Assembly (NCBI RefSeq): GCF_001194135.2
Contig: NC_068987.1
Span: forward strand, 54,395,176-54,444,631
Length of the DNA: 49,456 nucleotides
Source: Octopus bimaculoides
Taxonomy: Eukaryota
Reading direction: 5' to 3'
Position numbers and translations under genes: made by a program. Position 1 is the stretch's first letter; each line of letters starts with the position of its first letter. Shown piece by piece: positions 33,421 through 47,132 of the stretch. The notes under the pieces are model-generated. The model made no database searches. It was not told where the DNA came from and saw only the letters and a program-made list of their open reading frames with translations.

Positions 33421-34125
33421 GTTGGACTGTTATAACGTCCACTCCGGTATAGCAGTATAATTAGTTAGACAAGTAAGACACGACTATCTATCTATGACTG
33501 TCTACCAAACTGACTTCCTACATCACAATATTTATAATGACTAGCACATACCAAGTGGGAAGATTATTCCATTATTACTATAACCCCATAACAGAGTGTT
33601 AGAGAGAAAGAGAGTGAGAATGAGAGAGGGAGAGAGAATGAGAGAGGGAGAGAGAAATAGATGATGTGGGAGATATATTGGGGCCTCCCCTGAAGGAACA
33701 GCAGTGAGGAGTATAAGTAGAGAGGAAATAGAGAGAGGAGATAGAGAGAGAGAGGGAATAGAGAGGGATGTTCCATAAGAGTGTGAGGAGATATGTTCAG
33801 AGATGAAGAAGACATGACTCTAGCAAGTGATGGTGAGGAAAATTAGAGTGACTGGGAAGAGGTAAAGAAGATATGTGAATGAATAGAAAGTGTGCAGATA
33901 GGTAGATGAGAGAGAGTGGAGGGGCATGCAGTAGGTGTTGAGAAGGAGGAGCAGTTTTTACATAGGTTAATGTGTGTGTGAGGGGATGCATGACCATAAA
34001 GGACATGCATATATGTGTGGATGGCCACAATTTCACTTAGCTTGCTATGTCTTCTCAAGCACAGCAAATTGCCTGGTCATCTCCTCTGTAAGGTTCAACA
34101 ATTGAAGATCATTTCTCATAATTAA

Positions 34126-35339
<1,214 letters not shown>

Positions 35340-35915
35340 CTATATGATAATCTGCATGTTCATTTGCCTGTTATACTTTAATTAGTTAGAGAGGTAGGGT
35401 GGGATGAGTGAAAGGTGGAGTAAGAGTGAGAGAGAGAGAGAGAGCGAGAGGCAGATAACAGTGGTGGTGGTGAGTTTAAATTGAAAAGTATTTTTTATTG
35501 AACTAATTTTTTTTGTAGTAACTATCACATATGCAAAAGTGCAATTATTTATCATCTTCTCACTTAAAAAATTGATATCTGTTTAAAAGGGTTAATTTAG
35601 CCTAAACTCAGGATTCACAAGAAACATGCAAACTGCCCAAGAAAGAATGCACAGATATAGAGCACAGATCAGAGTGGAACAGTGAGAAAATATAATAAAA
35701 AGAGGAAGAAGACAACACGGACAGAGATGTAAGGAAATGAATGTAGACAAATGTCAAGAATATTTAAAGATTAACTATGAATGCTATAAAAATACAAATC
35801 ATCCTGTCTTTCTTAAATACGTACTCTTAATTTTTTCCAATTTGTGGAATTTCCGCACGTCCTACTAGTAAATGCAAATGATTCTGTCAGCTCATTGCAT
35901 TAATAATAATAATTA

Positions 35916-36278
35916 CAACAAAAGTACTCAGAGAGCACAAACCTCTGCCAAGGCAACACCGACATCCTCTCAACGATTAGCCAGAGATGATTTTTAAAAT
36001 GGGAATATCTGAAATAAACTCGACTGCTCTCACAAATGAGAATACTAAAATTGAACCTGCCCTCTCTCAAAAATTAAGTAAAAGAACTGGAAAAATAATC
36101 CAGAATCCTTGTCCGGTACCTGATCGATCCCAAGATCTAATCAGTTCAAGCCAGTCATGAAGCCAAATATCCCTGAAAGTTTCATCCGAATCCATCTGGC
36201 AGTTCTTGAGATATCCTGTCCATGGACAAACAAACACGACTGAAAACAATACCTCCGCCTTCGCTAATGCGGAGGTAA
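35916..36278 (-). mobile_element. Helentron-associated (DINE-1/HINE-like) non-autonomous element
   Basis: The minus strand begins tt-acctccgc-attagcgaag-gcggaggt (subterminal repeat plus adjacent inverted copy). It ends ggcagaggt (second subTIR), then the short stem-loop gtgctc-tct-gagtac, then tttt. No TSD is seen, and it lies in T-rich sequence. Confidence 0.6.
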
Positions 36279-36285
36279 TAATAAT

Positions 36286-36475
36286 CCATTCAACTATAGG
36301 CACAAGACCTGAAGTATTTTAGAGGAAGGAACTAGTGTTCAACTGAGACTTATTTCATCAATCCTGAAAGCATGAAAGACAAAGTCGAGCTTGGTAAAAC
36401 TTGAATTCGGAACATAGAGACAGATGAAATGCCACTAAGCATTTTGTTTGACATGCTAACAGTTTTGCCAGCTCA
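36286..36475 (-). mobile_element. SINE family B copy
   Basis: Tail ctataggcacaag, core and head ...ttttgccagctca. Confidence 0.78.
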
Positions 36476-36863
36476 AACAATAACAATAATTCCAAACAAT
36501 TAAAATTGTTCATAAGAATGTCTTTTTGTCAATCTTCCTTGACAAATCAAATGTAGTCAGTTATTAACCAAAGGAGACTTAATGTCATTTCACTCAGTTT
36601 TAATAACTATAAGCTACAAATAAATAAATAAAACAACACAACAACCCCAAAAAACAACAGCTAAATTATCCAGTTCTTCACCTCCTACTATCTGTTGACT
36701 ATTTTGAAAATGATGATGCTTGTTGGAATGTTTTCCTTTTCCTCTCTGTTATCTTTTACCATCTCTGTTGCTCTTTATTTAACTATCAATACATCTATTT
36801 GTTTATCAGTTACTAATTCTGTTTATAGTTTATTTATTTGCTCATCTGTCTACTTATTCATCC

Positions 36864-36946
<83 letters not shown>

Positions 36947-37109
36947 AGTCTACCTCGTATCTTACGAATACATTGGTTTATCTAATGAGTCAACAAATTA
37001 ACAAGGTTAATTACCTATCTACATTTTTAGAGCTATTTCAATCTATCTACCTATCTAACCCACCAATCTATTCTATTTCTAGCTAGCTATATAACTACTA
37101 AACTCTGTG

Positions 37110-37160
<51 letters not shown>

Positions 37161-37744
37161 ACATGTGCATGCATATGTGTGTGTCACCTTTTCAATGTAT
37201 ATTGTTCCATCATAGTCTGATTGACATAGATCTGCAATACTGTAAGCTTCCACACACTTTTACTCTTTTATCTCACACATGAAACCCACCATCCTAAGAT
37301 CTGATTTCAACACTATCATTTCTTTCCACACCTCTTTTTGGTTTTTCTTTTCTATTCCCAACGTATCATTTTTTAGTCAATATGCATCACACTTTGACTC
37401 AGTAAATGTTACACAATTATTTCACATGTTCATAATGGTGTAATCACTTCCTTTGCAGATGTTATCTAATGTTTTTAAATACCAAGCCCCACTCTTAGAT
37501 CATTTGCATTCTGTCTTTTATATATGATAACATTGCACAACCAACAAATAATACTTGCTCGTTTCTTTTTGTAGACTTAAGCATAACTCACACATTCATT
37601 CCCAGTTGCATGTACCTTGCTGTACCAAACTCTTTGTATAAGCTTCATGCTGTCAGATCCCTGCACACAATGTAAAACCTTTTAATTTTTTCTTTGCATC
37701 AGAGGTGATAAAACAGAAAGCACTCTCTCTCTCGCTCTAAAATC

Positions 37745-37918
37745 TTGGTCACCCATACTGCCAGTGCCATATAAAATGCACTTGTGTTGGTGCTATGTAA
37801 AATGCACTCATACCAGTGCTGCATAAAGGCATCCATCCTTGTGGCATGTAAAAAGCACCCAGCACACTCTGTAAAGTGGTTGACATTAGGAAGGGTATCC
37901 ATCCATAGAAACCATACC
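37745..37918 (+). mobile_element. Family D fragment abutting the truncated 3' end of the maT element
   Basis: Repeated (g/a)taaa(a)atgcac/aagcac units, then cactctgtaaagtggttgacattaggaaggg. Confidence 0.72.
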
Positions 37919-38953
37919 ACAACATGTGGAGTGCTTGAGACCCTTGTCTCTAAAATGGGCCAAACAGAAAAATCCAATGGGTTGAGATCAGGGCTTCTTG
38001 AAGACCATATATCCTTGCCTATGAACAACAGAATGTTTTTCTGAATCCAGTATTTTGTCTGTTTGGAGTTGTGGGATGGTGCCAAGTCCTGTTGGAGGCT
38101 CTTAGATGTGCCTTGAAAGTGCTCATTATCCATGGAAGCAGTTTGGCTTCCTGAATGTCACTAACATATCACTGGGTGTTAATTTTAGTACCCAAGGGCA
38201 CAAAAACAAAGGGAGACCTTCCAGAGTCTGTCACAGCTGCCCAAACCATAACTAACTGTGGATTTTGACATCGATTTATGAGTCTACCCTCTACGGAGCC
38301 AGATACACTCTATAGTCACTCATTCTGGTGCTTTAGTGTCTGTTCAATGTCAAATTTCTTTCCTTCAGCAAACACTAGGTTGGGCAGCATGCCTTCAGCA
38401 ATCTAACACAGGATAAGATGACTCCTCTCCATTTTCATGGTCTTATAAACTTGCAAGAACTCATGACAGTGGGTCACCTTGTAGGGGTGAGTCATGAGAT
38501 CCTCCTTTGGCACTCAATACATAAATGTTCAGCTTATTTTTGATGTGGCAGCCAGTTTTCTGATGGAACAAGGATTTCACCATATCTTTTGTCTGGTACT
38601 TTTGATAAGCTGAGGGGTCTGCACGCTTCTTTTTCGGCCACATCCAGGTCAATCAGTGGTGAAACCAGTCTCTTGAAATTTCTTGACAATTTTCCAGACT
38701 GTTTTTTGGTTAATTTTAAGTTGTTTTTTTTGCTATAGCTGTATTACTTTCCCCTCCTTTGTGGAGGGTTATTATTGTATTTCAGTCTTTTGCCATTATC
38801 TAATTTATAAAACTGAATTTATTTAGCCTGAAACAAAAAGGAAATACACTAAACTTTTATAATGATGTATAATTTTCATACCTTATTACATTTATTGATA
38901 GTTATTAAAACCCAGAACTTCAATTACAATTACCTTAATTTGGGGACACACTG
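37919..38953 (-). mobile_element. Decayed DD37D (maT-family) transposon, 3'-truncated
   Basis: The 5' end is TA|cagtgtgtccccaaattaagg. The minus-strand translation includes QQDLAPSHNSKQTKYWIQKNILLFIGKDIWSSRSPDLNPLDFSVW, with 37 residues between the catalytic Asp, plus VMVWAAVTDSGRSPFVFVP. There are multiple stops and frameshifts. Confidence 0.88.
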
Positions 38954-39124
38954 TATATATNNNNNNNNNNNNNNNNNNNNNNNNNNNNNNNNNNNNNNNN
39001 NNNNNNNNNNNNNNNNNNNNNNNNNNNNNNNNNNNNNNNNNNNNNNNNNNNNNNNNNNNNNNNNNNNNNNNNNNNNNNNNNNNNNNNNNNNNNNNNNNNN
39101 NNNNNNNNNNNNNNNNNNNNNNNN

Positions 39125-40406
39125 GGTTGAGTAAAAAGTAAGCAACATTTTGAACCATGATGAATTTGTACTCAATTTTTACAGAGTTTAAAATTCTTTT
39201 TAAACATCTTTTTTGCAGTTGTTTGATGATACAGACATAGACTTGCCCAAATGCATCAATAAATTAACATTTTTTTTTCCACCATTGTTGCAATCATCTG
39301 AAATGGAACTGTCAAAGCACGATATTCGAGCAATTTTGCTATTTAAGTTCAAAAATGAACATAAAGCAGCTGAAACTGCTCATGATATCAATGAAACGTT
39401 TGGTAAGGAAATGATCAGTGAGTGTTCAGCTCCAAAAATGGTTTAAACGATTTTGCAGTGGAGACCTGAACCTTGAAGATCGTGAGCGTAGTGGACTCCC
39501 ATCTGTCATCAATGACAGTAAATTAAAGACCATCATTGAGAAAGATACAAATAAAACCACTCGAGAACTGGCAAAAGAACTTCAAGTTAGCCAGAAAACT
39601 GTCTGCAACTTTTTGCATGCGATCAGAAAATCAAAAACGCTTGACAAATGGGTACCACATTATTTTAATGAAAATCAGAAAATGCACAGATATGAAATTT
39701 GGTCATTGCTTCTTATCCGTAACCAGACCAATCCATTTCTCAACCATATTGTAACTTGCGATGAAGAGTGGATTTTGTACAATAATAAAAAGATGTTCTT
39801 TACAGTGGTTGAACCAAAATGAAGCACTGGAAACCTTCCCTAAACCTGAGCTCTTCAAAAAGAAGGTTATGGTGACTGTTTGGTGGTGTACTGTTTGACT
39901 CATCTGCTCTAACTTCTTAAAACACGGAAAAACCATTACTGCAGAAACGTATTACCATGAAATTGCCAAAATGAACAAAAAAACTGCTATTCCTCTGTGC
40001 CAGACTGGTCAACAGAAGAGAGCCAATCATTCTTCATGACAATGCTTAACCACATGTTTCACTGATGATGCTCCAGAAGTTGAGGGAACTTGCCTAGGAA
40101 GTTCTTCCCCACTCAGCTTATACCCCAGACCTTTCTCCTACCAGCTACCACTTTTTCAAGTACCTTGATGCTTCCTGCGAAAGAAGGAGTTCAAAAATCA
40201 AACCAATGCTGAAAATACGTTCAAAGATTTCATCAGCTCCAGAACTCCAGATTTTTATGTTACCGGAATAAGCAAACTTGTAATTCATTGGCAAAAATGT
40301 GTTGATTGCAATGGTACTCACTTTGATGAATAAAATTTCCGCATGGTTGAAATATATTGTGACGAATTTTATGTTCCAAAACATTGCTTGCTTTTTACTC
40401 AGCCTG
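39125..40406 (+). mobile_element. Near-full-length mariner (DD34D) with both TIRs, about 1.29 kb
   Basis: The left TIR is ggttgagtaaaaagtaagcaacattttgaac (start clipped by the gap). The right TIR is gttccaaaacattgcttgctttttactcagcctg|TA. Confidence 0.95.
39303..40333 (+). pseudogene. Mariner transposase pseudogene
   Basis: MELSKHDIRAILLFKFK...KWFKRFCSGDLNLEDRERSG...KWVPH...IVTCDEEWILYNN...KKVMVTVWW...LHDNA*PH...YTPDLSPTSYHFF...WQKCVDCNGTHFDE*. It has several frameshifts and stops, and the third catalytic D is replaced by S. Confidence 0.95.
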
Positions 40407-41559
40407 TATATATTTGATGGTGCAGATTACTTTTCTTCTTTTCTTCTTGAGGAGATTTTTTTCAGAGGGATTAGAAGGGTTTTGCTTAATTCACATATAT
40501 TGACTTTGTTTCCTCATAACCTTGAGAAAAACAGATATTTTTTAATAATATTTTCTACGAGTACCTTCCAGATTGTGTAGGTTCCAATCATATCAGAATT
40601 TGTCATGAAGAATGTGGGAGAGGGGGGATGAGGGAGAGGAAATTTAGATAATTGATGTAAGTTGATTTTTTGAAAGAAAAATACCTTTAAGATGGTATAG
40701 ATTATGATTATATCAGAATTTAATGTGAAAAGAAATTGATGGGCATGCACACATACATACTAACACACATAATTTTTTTTAAATTTCAAGCTTCATTTTA
40801 TAGATATATATATATATATATATATATGTGATGTGTATCACTATGTATGTGTATACACCCACCGTTTGTTTTTCAACATTAAATTGCAATAACCATAATC
40901 TACACCATCTGAAAGTTATCCGTAGAAAATTTCATTAAAAAGCACACATGTTTCTGAAAGCTATGAGGAAAAAATACTGAGTCATAATACCTCCCTGCAT
41001 TACCTGGTTGAATATGCAGGTAACTAATTTAAATTTTATATCATCAGATATTTTTATCACCTAAATGAGTATCTCTGACAGACTTGCTGTTTTTCCTGGT
41101 TTTCTTATCATTAGTCACCATTTTTACCAATATAACTGTCCATTACCTCATTAGCTGGTTCCTTTGTTGGGTATACTTGGAGGTAGTTCATTTTCGTCCT
41201 GCACATTGTTCACATTCATCTACTAAATCCAAATCCACTCACAAGGCTTTGATCAACCAAAGACTACAGTAGCAGATACTTGCCCAAGGTACCATGCTGT
41301 GGGACTAAATCCAAAACGATGTGACTGAGAAGCAATCAATCATGTGTGTGTGTGTGTGTGTGTGTGTGCACGCGCGCGCGTGCATGCATGTCTGCGTCTG
41401 TGCGTGATTGTGCATGCATGCATGTGTGTGCATGTGTGTGTGTGCATGTGTGTGTGTGATTGATTGCCAGGCAGATAAACAGACACCCAGATAGATAGAT
41501 AGATAGATAGATAGATATTATATATATATATGTCTCTTCTATTTTTTAATTATTATAAA

Positions 41560-42000
41560 TCTTCCACTGAGGGAGTCAGTTTCCAACAAAGATACAAGAC
41601 TCCATCTTTGGGATGTAGTTAACACAAACAAATTTACATTTGGAACTTGAGAAAAGTCTTGCATATTTCTACCGTTCCACTCACAGATTGGACTTGTAAT
41701 GTATGAATCAGCCGGTCAATTTCTCTTTCTGAATATCCCAGCTTATCCAGATTCTCCTTTAAGCGTTTACTAACAAAATCTAGTGCTCCAATTATTATTG
41801 GTATATATATGAATTCATAGTCTGGATATAGAAGCTGGGGGTTTTGAAGCTGTTGTCCATAGATATCTTCTTTCTCTTTGATTTTTCAAAGAGATATTTA
41901 TATCTGCAAGGCAGCTGACCTCTATGATGGTACATACCTTTGCCCTTCTGTCCCAAACAACAATATCCAGCCTGTTATGTTTACATTTGACAGATGTTTT
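41560..42000 (-). mobile_element. RLE (R4/Dong-like) non-LTR retrotransposon 3' end, second family
   Basis: With one frameshift it reads KCKHNRLDIVVWDRRAKVCTIIEVSCLADINISLK/IKEKEDIYGQ...YEFIYIPIIIGALDFVSKRLKENLDKLGYSEREIDRLIHTLQVQSVSGTVEICKTFLKFQM*, followed by a short 3' UTR. Confidence 0.88.
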
Positions 42001-42220
42001 GAGGAGGAGGGATGGGAGGAGGAAGGATGGGAAGGAGGGATGGGAGGAGGAAGATGGGAAGGTGGGATGGGAGGAGGAAGATGGGAAGGTGGGATGGGAG
42101 GAGGAAGAGGAGGATGAGAANNNNNNNNNNGTGGGATGGGAGGAGGAAGAGGAGGATGAGAAGGTGGGATGGGAGGAGGAAGAGGAGGATGAGAAGGTGG
42201 GATGGGAGGAGGAGGAGTTG
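42001..42220. repeat. Purine-rich minisatellite (21- and 33-bp units built from gtgggatgggaggaggaag)
   Basis: Direct inspection. The + strand is almost entirely G/A with interspersed T. Confidence 0.92.
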
Positions 42221-42334
42221 ACTAAGCAAAGATGAAGTATAGGAGACAGCAACAAATGACATCAAGAACAACAACAGAAACACTACCAACAACAACAATT
42301 ACAAGAACTATAATTACAACAGTAATTACAAACA

Positions 42335-43276
42335 TTGATTTCAAATTCTGGTGCAAGGCCAACAAGTTTGGGGGAGGGGGTAAGTCAATTACAACATCCC
42401 CCAGTGTTCAGCTGGTACTTATTTTATCAACGTCTGAAAGAGTGAAAGGCAAAGTCAACTTCAGCAGAATTTGAACTCAGAACGCAAAAATAGACAAAGT
42501 GCTGCTAAGAATTTTGCCCAGCAATTCTTATTTCTTTATTGCTCACAAGGGACTAAACATAAAGGGGACAAACAAGGACAGACAAAGGTATTAAGTTGAT
42601 TACATCGACCCCAGTGCGTAGCTGGTACTTAATTTATCGACCCCAAAAGGATGAAAGGTAAAGTCAACCTCAGCGGAATTTGAACTCAGAATGTAACGAC
42701 AGACAAAATACCGCTAAGCATTTCACCCAGGGTGCTAACGTTTCTGTCAGCTCTCCGCCATTTATTTATCTTATTTTTCATATATATATACACACATATG
42801 CGTATGCATCAGTTCTAGGCCTGCAACAACACAATATGCCAGAATCTGCTGCCCTCAGCAAGTCATGGGCACCTAAAGGAAACATGTGAACCTGATGAGG
42901 AAAATCTTGAAACCCTGTTGCTACATTAACGGTTACATGATTTGCTAAGGAACATGATGACTCCTCCTAGCCATTGTGCTTTATATAAGAAAGTACATTG
43001 TCTGTCGGACAATGCTGGCCTTGCCCAGCAATTCTGCCAGCTTGCCACCTTAGCAACTGGTTTCAAATGTTGGCACAATCAACCCCAGTAGCCAACTGGT
43101 ACTTATTTTATCAACCCCAAAAGGATGAAAAGCAAAATCACCCTCAGCAGAATTTGAACTCAAAACATAGAAATGGATGAAATGCCGCTAAGCATTTTGG
43201 TTCACAAAATTTTGGGGGAGGGGGGGCAGTCGATTAGATTGACCCCAGTATGCAACTGGTGCTTAATTTATCGACC
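42335..43276 (-). mobile_element. Cluster of four co-oriented family B SINEs with a nested insertion
   Basis: The copy at 42335-42528 continues at 43021-43050. A young full copy lies at 42529-42759, and further copies at about 43055-43198 and 43200-43276. Confidence 0.85.
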
Positions 43277-43774
43277 NNNNNNNNNNNNNNNNNNNNNNNN
43301 NNNNNNNNNNNNNNNNNNNNNNNNNNNNNNNNNNNNNNNNNNNNNNNNNNNNNNNNNNNNNNNNNNNNNNNNNNNNNNNNNNNNNNNNNNNNNNNNNNNN
43401 NNNNNNNNNNNNNNNNNNNNNNNNNNNNNNNNNNNNNNNNNNNNNNNNNNNNNNNNNNNNNNNNNNNNNNNNNNNNNNNNNNNNNNNNNNNNNNNNNNNN
43501 NNNNNNNNNNNNNNNNNNNNNNNNNNNNNNNNNNNNNNNNNNNNNNNNNNNNNNNNNNNNNNNNNNNNNNNNNNNNNNNNNNNNNNNNNNNNNNNNNNNN
43601 NNNNNNNNNNNNNNNNNNNNNNNNNNNNNNNNNNNNNNNNNNNNNNNNNNNNNNNNNNNNNNNNNNNNNNNNNNNNNNNNNNNNNNNNNNNNNNNNNNNN
43701 NNNNNNNNNNNNNNNNNNNNNNNNNNNNNNNNNNNNNNNNNNNNNNNNNNNNNNNNNNNNNNNNNNNNNNNNNN

Positions 43775-44247
43775 CTTCTCCTCCTCCCCCTCCTCCTCCT
43801 CCTTCTTCTTCTTCTTCTTCTTCTTCTTCTTCTTCTTCTTCTTCTTCTTCTTCTTCTTCTCCTTCTTCTTCTTCTTGTTACTGTCTTCCTCGTCTTCTTC
43901 CCCCTTGCTGTTGTTTCCTATACTGCTACTGCAGGTTTTGTTGCTGTAGTTGTCGTTGTTGTTGCCAATACTGTTGTCATTGTTGTTATTGTTGTTGTCA
44001 TATCATTGTCATTGTTATTGTCACATATATATAAGTGCTATTACGACTATTGCAGATATTGTTCCAATTCTTGTTGTTGCTGTTGTTGTTGTTGTTGTTG
44101 TTGTTCATGATGATGATGATGGTGCTATCACTGTTGTCAATATCATTACTGCCACAACTGCAGCTTTTGTTTTCTATATTATTGTTGTTGCTGGTTTTCT
44201 TGTTATTGTAGTATTGGTAGTAGTAGTAGTAGTAGTAATAGTAGTAA

Positions 44248-44293
<46 letters not shown>

Positions 44294-44714
44294 GGTGGTG
44301 GTNNNNNNNNNNNNNNNNNNNNNNNNNNNNNNNNNNNNNNNNNNNNNNNNNNNNNNNNNNNNNNNNNNNNNNNNNNNNNNNNNNNNNNNNNNNNNNNNNN
44401 NNNNNNNNNNNNNNNNNNNNNNNNNNNNNNNNNNNNNNNNNNNNNNNNNNNNNNNNNNNNNNNNNNNNNNNNNNNNNNNNNNNNNNNNNNNNNNNNNNNN
44501 NNNNNNNNNNNNNNNNNNNNNNNNNNNNNNNNNNNNNNNNNNNNNNNNNNNNNNNNNNNNNNNNNNNNNNNNNNNNNNNNNNNNNNNNNNNNNNNNNNNN
44601 NNNNNNNNNNNNNNNNNNNNNNNNNNNNNNNNNNNNNNNNNNNNNNNNNNNNNNNNNNNNNNNNNNNNNGTAGTAGTAGTAGTAGTGGTAGTGGTAGTGG
44701 TAGTGGTAGTAGTG

Positions 44715-44760
<46 letters not shown>
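43775..44760. repeat. (CTT)n, (GTT)n, (TAG/TGG)n low-complexity block with gaps
   Basis: Direct inspection. Confidence 0.95.
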
Positions 44761-44761
<1 letters not shown>

Positions 44762-44997
44762 TGCTATTATTATGCTGTTGCTTTCTTTTTTTCTCCAGAT
44801 CTTTGCAAAGATTTGTCTTCTTAAACAATGAAGAAATTTAAGAAAAAAAAAAGAAAAGAAAAACAAAGATTAAAATTTAAATAAATGAAAATAATAAGAA
44901 GTAAAAAGAACAGGAAAAATAATTCCCGCAAGAATTAGTGAGAAACAATAAAAAAAAAAAAAAAAAANNNNNNNNNNCAAGCATGTATTTGTATGAG

Positions 44998-45037
<40 letters not shown>

Positions 45038-45182
45038 ACAATGTTCTAAGTAAAAGGAATTGGAATACAATTGAATATCAACTATATCTATTTATTTTCC
45101 ATAAAAAGTTTTTGGAAGGAAAGCTACTTAGTACATACAAATATGAAGAAAGAAAACAAATACTACTACTAATAATACTACA

Positions 45183-45224
<42 letters not shown>

Positions 45225-45662
45225 GTAATTGAAATAATAATAGTAATAGTTTAGGATGATTGATGTAACTCTTCACAAAGGTAAATACACAATTAGAAGA
45301 GCACAATATGATATGTAATAAAATACAGATTGACTCTGTTTATTGAACTGATCAATATTTCATCAGTATGTTTGTCTTCTTCAGATTCATAATGGAAAAT
45401 GAAAAATACACAGAAATGCAGAAATTCAAAATTTCAGCTGGATTATCTCTGTATTTCTTCCTAGACAAAATGACATCATCAAATGACACTGGTTCGTAAC
45501 TGGTTGAAACAAGAAATAAATATGAAAAGAAGAAAACTGAAAAGAAGATAAGGAAATAGAACATTCAACTCAGAAGTTTTGTACTAATCTGATGGTGTTC
45601 TGTCATTATGTTCATCCCTCCAAAACGCAACTCATATACATTTGTCTCTATGTGCTATGAAG

Positions 45663-46452
45663 ACTGTGAAGGTTCATGGCTTAGTGGTAAGGATATTCAA
45701 CTCGTGATCATAAGATCACAAGTTCTATTCCCAGTGGCACATTGGGTCCTTCAGCAAGACACTTTATTCCATGTTGTTCCAGTCCACTCAGCTGGCAAAA
45801 ACGAGCAGTACTCATTCAAAGGGCCGGCCTTGTCGCAGTCTGTGATTCATAATGAATCTTCCCAAGAATTATGTTAAGAGTATGTATGTCTGTGGAGTGC
45901 TCAGCCACTTTCACATTAATTTCATGAACAGGAGTTGCTGTGTGGTAAGTAGCTTGCTTACGAACCACTTGGTTCGGGGTTCAGTCCCACTGCGTGGCAC
46001 CTTGGGCAAGAGTCTTCTACTATAGCCTCGGGCCAACCAAAGCCTTGTGAGTGGATTTGGTAAACAGAAACTGAAAGAAGTCCGTCATATATACTCTTAA
46101 CATAATTCTTNNNNNNNNNNATATATACATATATATATATACATATATATATATATATGTATGTGTGTGTGTATATGTTTGTGTGTCTGTGTTTGTCCCC
46201 TCAGCATCACTTTACAACTGATGCTGGTGTGTTTACGTCCCCATAACTTAGCGGTTCAGCAAAAGAGACAATAGAATAAGTACTAGGCTTACAAAGAATA
46301 AATCCTGGGGTCAATTTGCTCGACTAAAGACGGTGCTCCAGCATGGTGATAGTCAAATGACAGAAACAAGTAAAAGAGTAAAAGAGGCTGTTCTGTTGAT
46401 CAGGTCAACTGGAACCCTCATTGACGTAACTGATGGAGAGCCAGTTGTTGTT
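45663..46452 (+). mobile_element. Older family C-related SINE split by a family A insertion
   Basis: The head and body at 45663-45930 end ...cacattaatttcatgaacagg. The element resumes ctgttctgttgatcaggtcaactggaaccc...gttgttgtt at 46388-46452. Confidence 0.82.
45931..46384 (+). mobile_element. SINE family A, full length, nested in the family C copy
   Basis: caggagttgctgtgtggtaagtagc...gaaacaagtaaaagagtaaaaga. Confidence 0.9.
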
Positions 46453-46559
46453 CAAGAGAAAGTTCAATGGAAAATAATCAGAATATTTTCTGAGAATGTG
46501 TACTTTCAGGTGTTTTGTCAAATTTACATTTGTTTGATGTAAAGCACTCTTAATGGGTT

Positions 46560-47132
46560 TTGTCGAAGAAATCAACCCCAGGACTTATTCTTTGAAAGCT
46601 TAGTACTTATTCTATCAGTCTCTTTTGCCAAACCGCTAAGTTACGGGGATGTAAACACACCAACATCAGTTGCCAAACAATGGTAGGGGGACAAACACGG
46701 ACATAAACACATAAATATGTACATATACATATATATCTCTCTCTATATATATATATATGTATATGTGTGTATATATATGCAGCACAATTTTGTCAGTGAA
46801 CAGGTCGCAGTCTCAAAACGATGAAAATATTTTGACAAATTAAATTTAAATGTTGAAGTGAATCTGACGGCTTTTGTGTGTTATTTTAAATGGCTTATAA
46901 ACACCTTCTACACTGCAATTGTTATATATATATATATATATATAAATATGTATATATACGCGCATACACACACAGTGCGCTTTTTACAGTTTCCATCTAT
47001 CAAATCTACTCACAAGGCTTTGGTTGGACTAAGACTATAGTAGAAGAAACTTGCCCAAGGTGCCACACAGTGGTACTGAATCTGGAACTGTGTGGTTGGG
47101 AAGTAAGCTTCTTACCACACAGCCATACCTAC
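46560..47132 (-). mobile_element. SINE family A with an approximately 200-bp unrelated segment in its microsatellite
   Basis: The 3' half lies at about 46560-46715 and the head at about 46975-47132. Confidence 0.78.

Noticed and set aside
39303-40333. Active transposase or SETMAR-like domesticated gene
   Set aside because: It has multiple stops and frameshifts and has lost the third catalytic Asp. Both TIRs are present and there is no SET domain.
45250-45500. Plus-strand mini-exons MIDVTLHK and FIMENEKY...
   Set aside because: The phases are incompatible: joining them gives an immediate stop.
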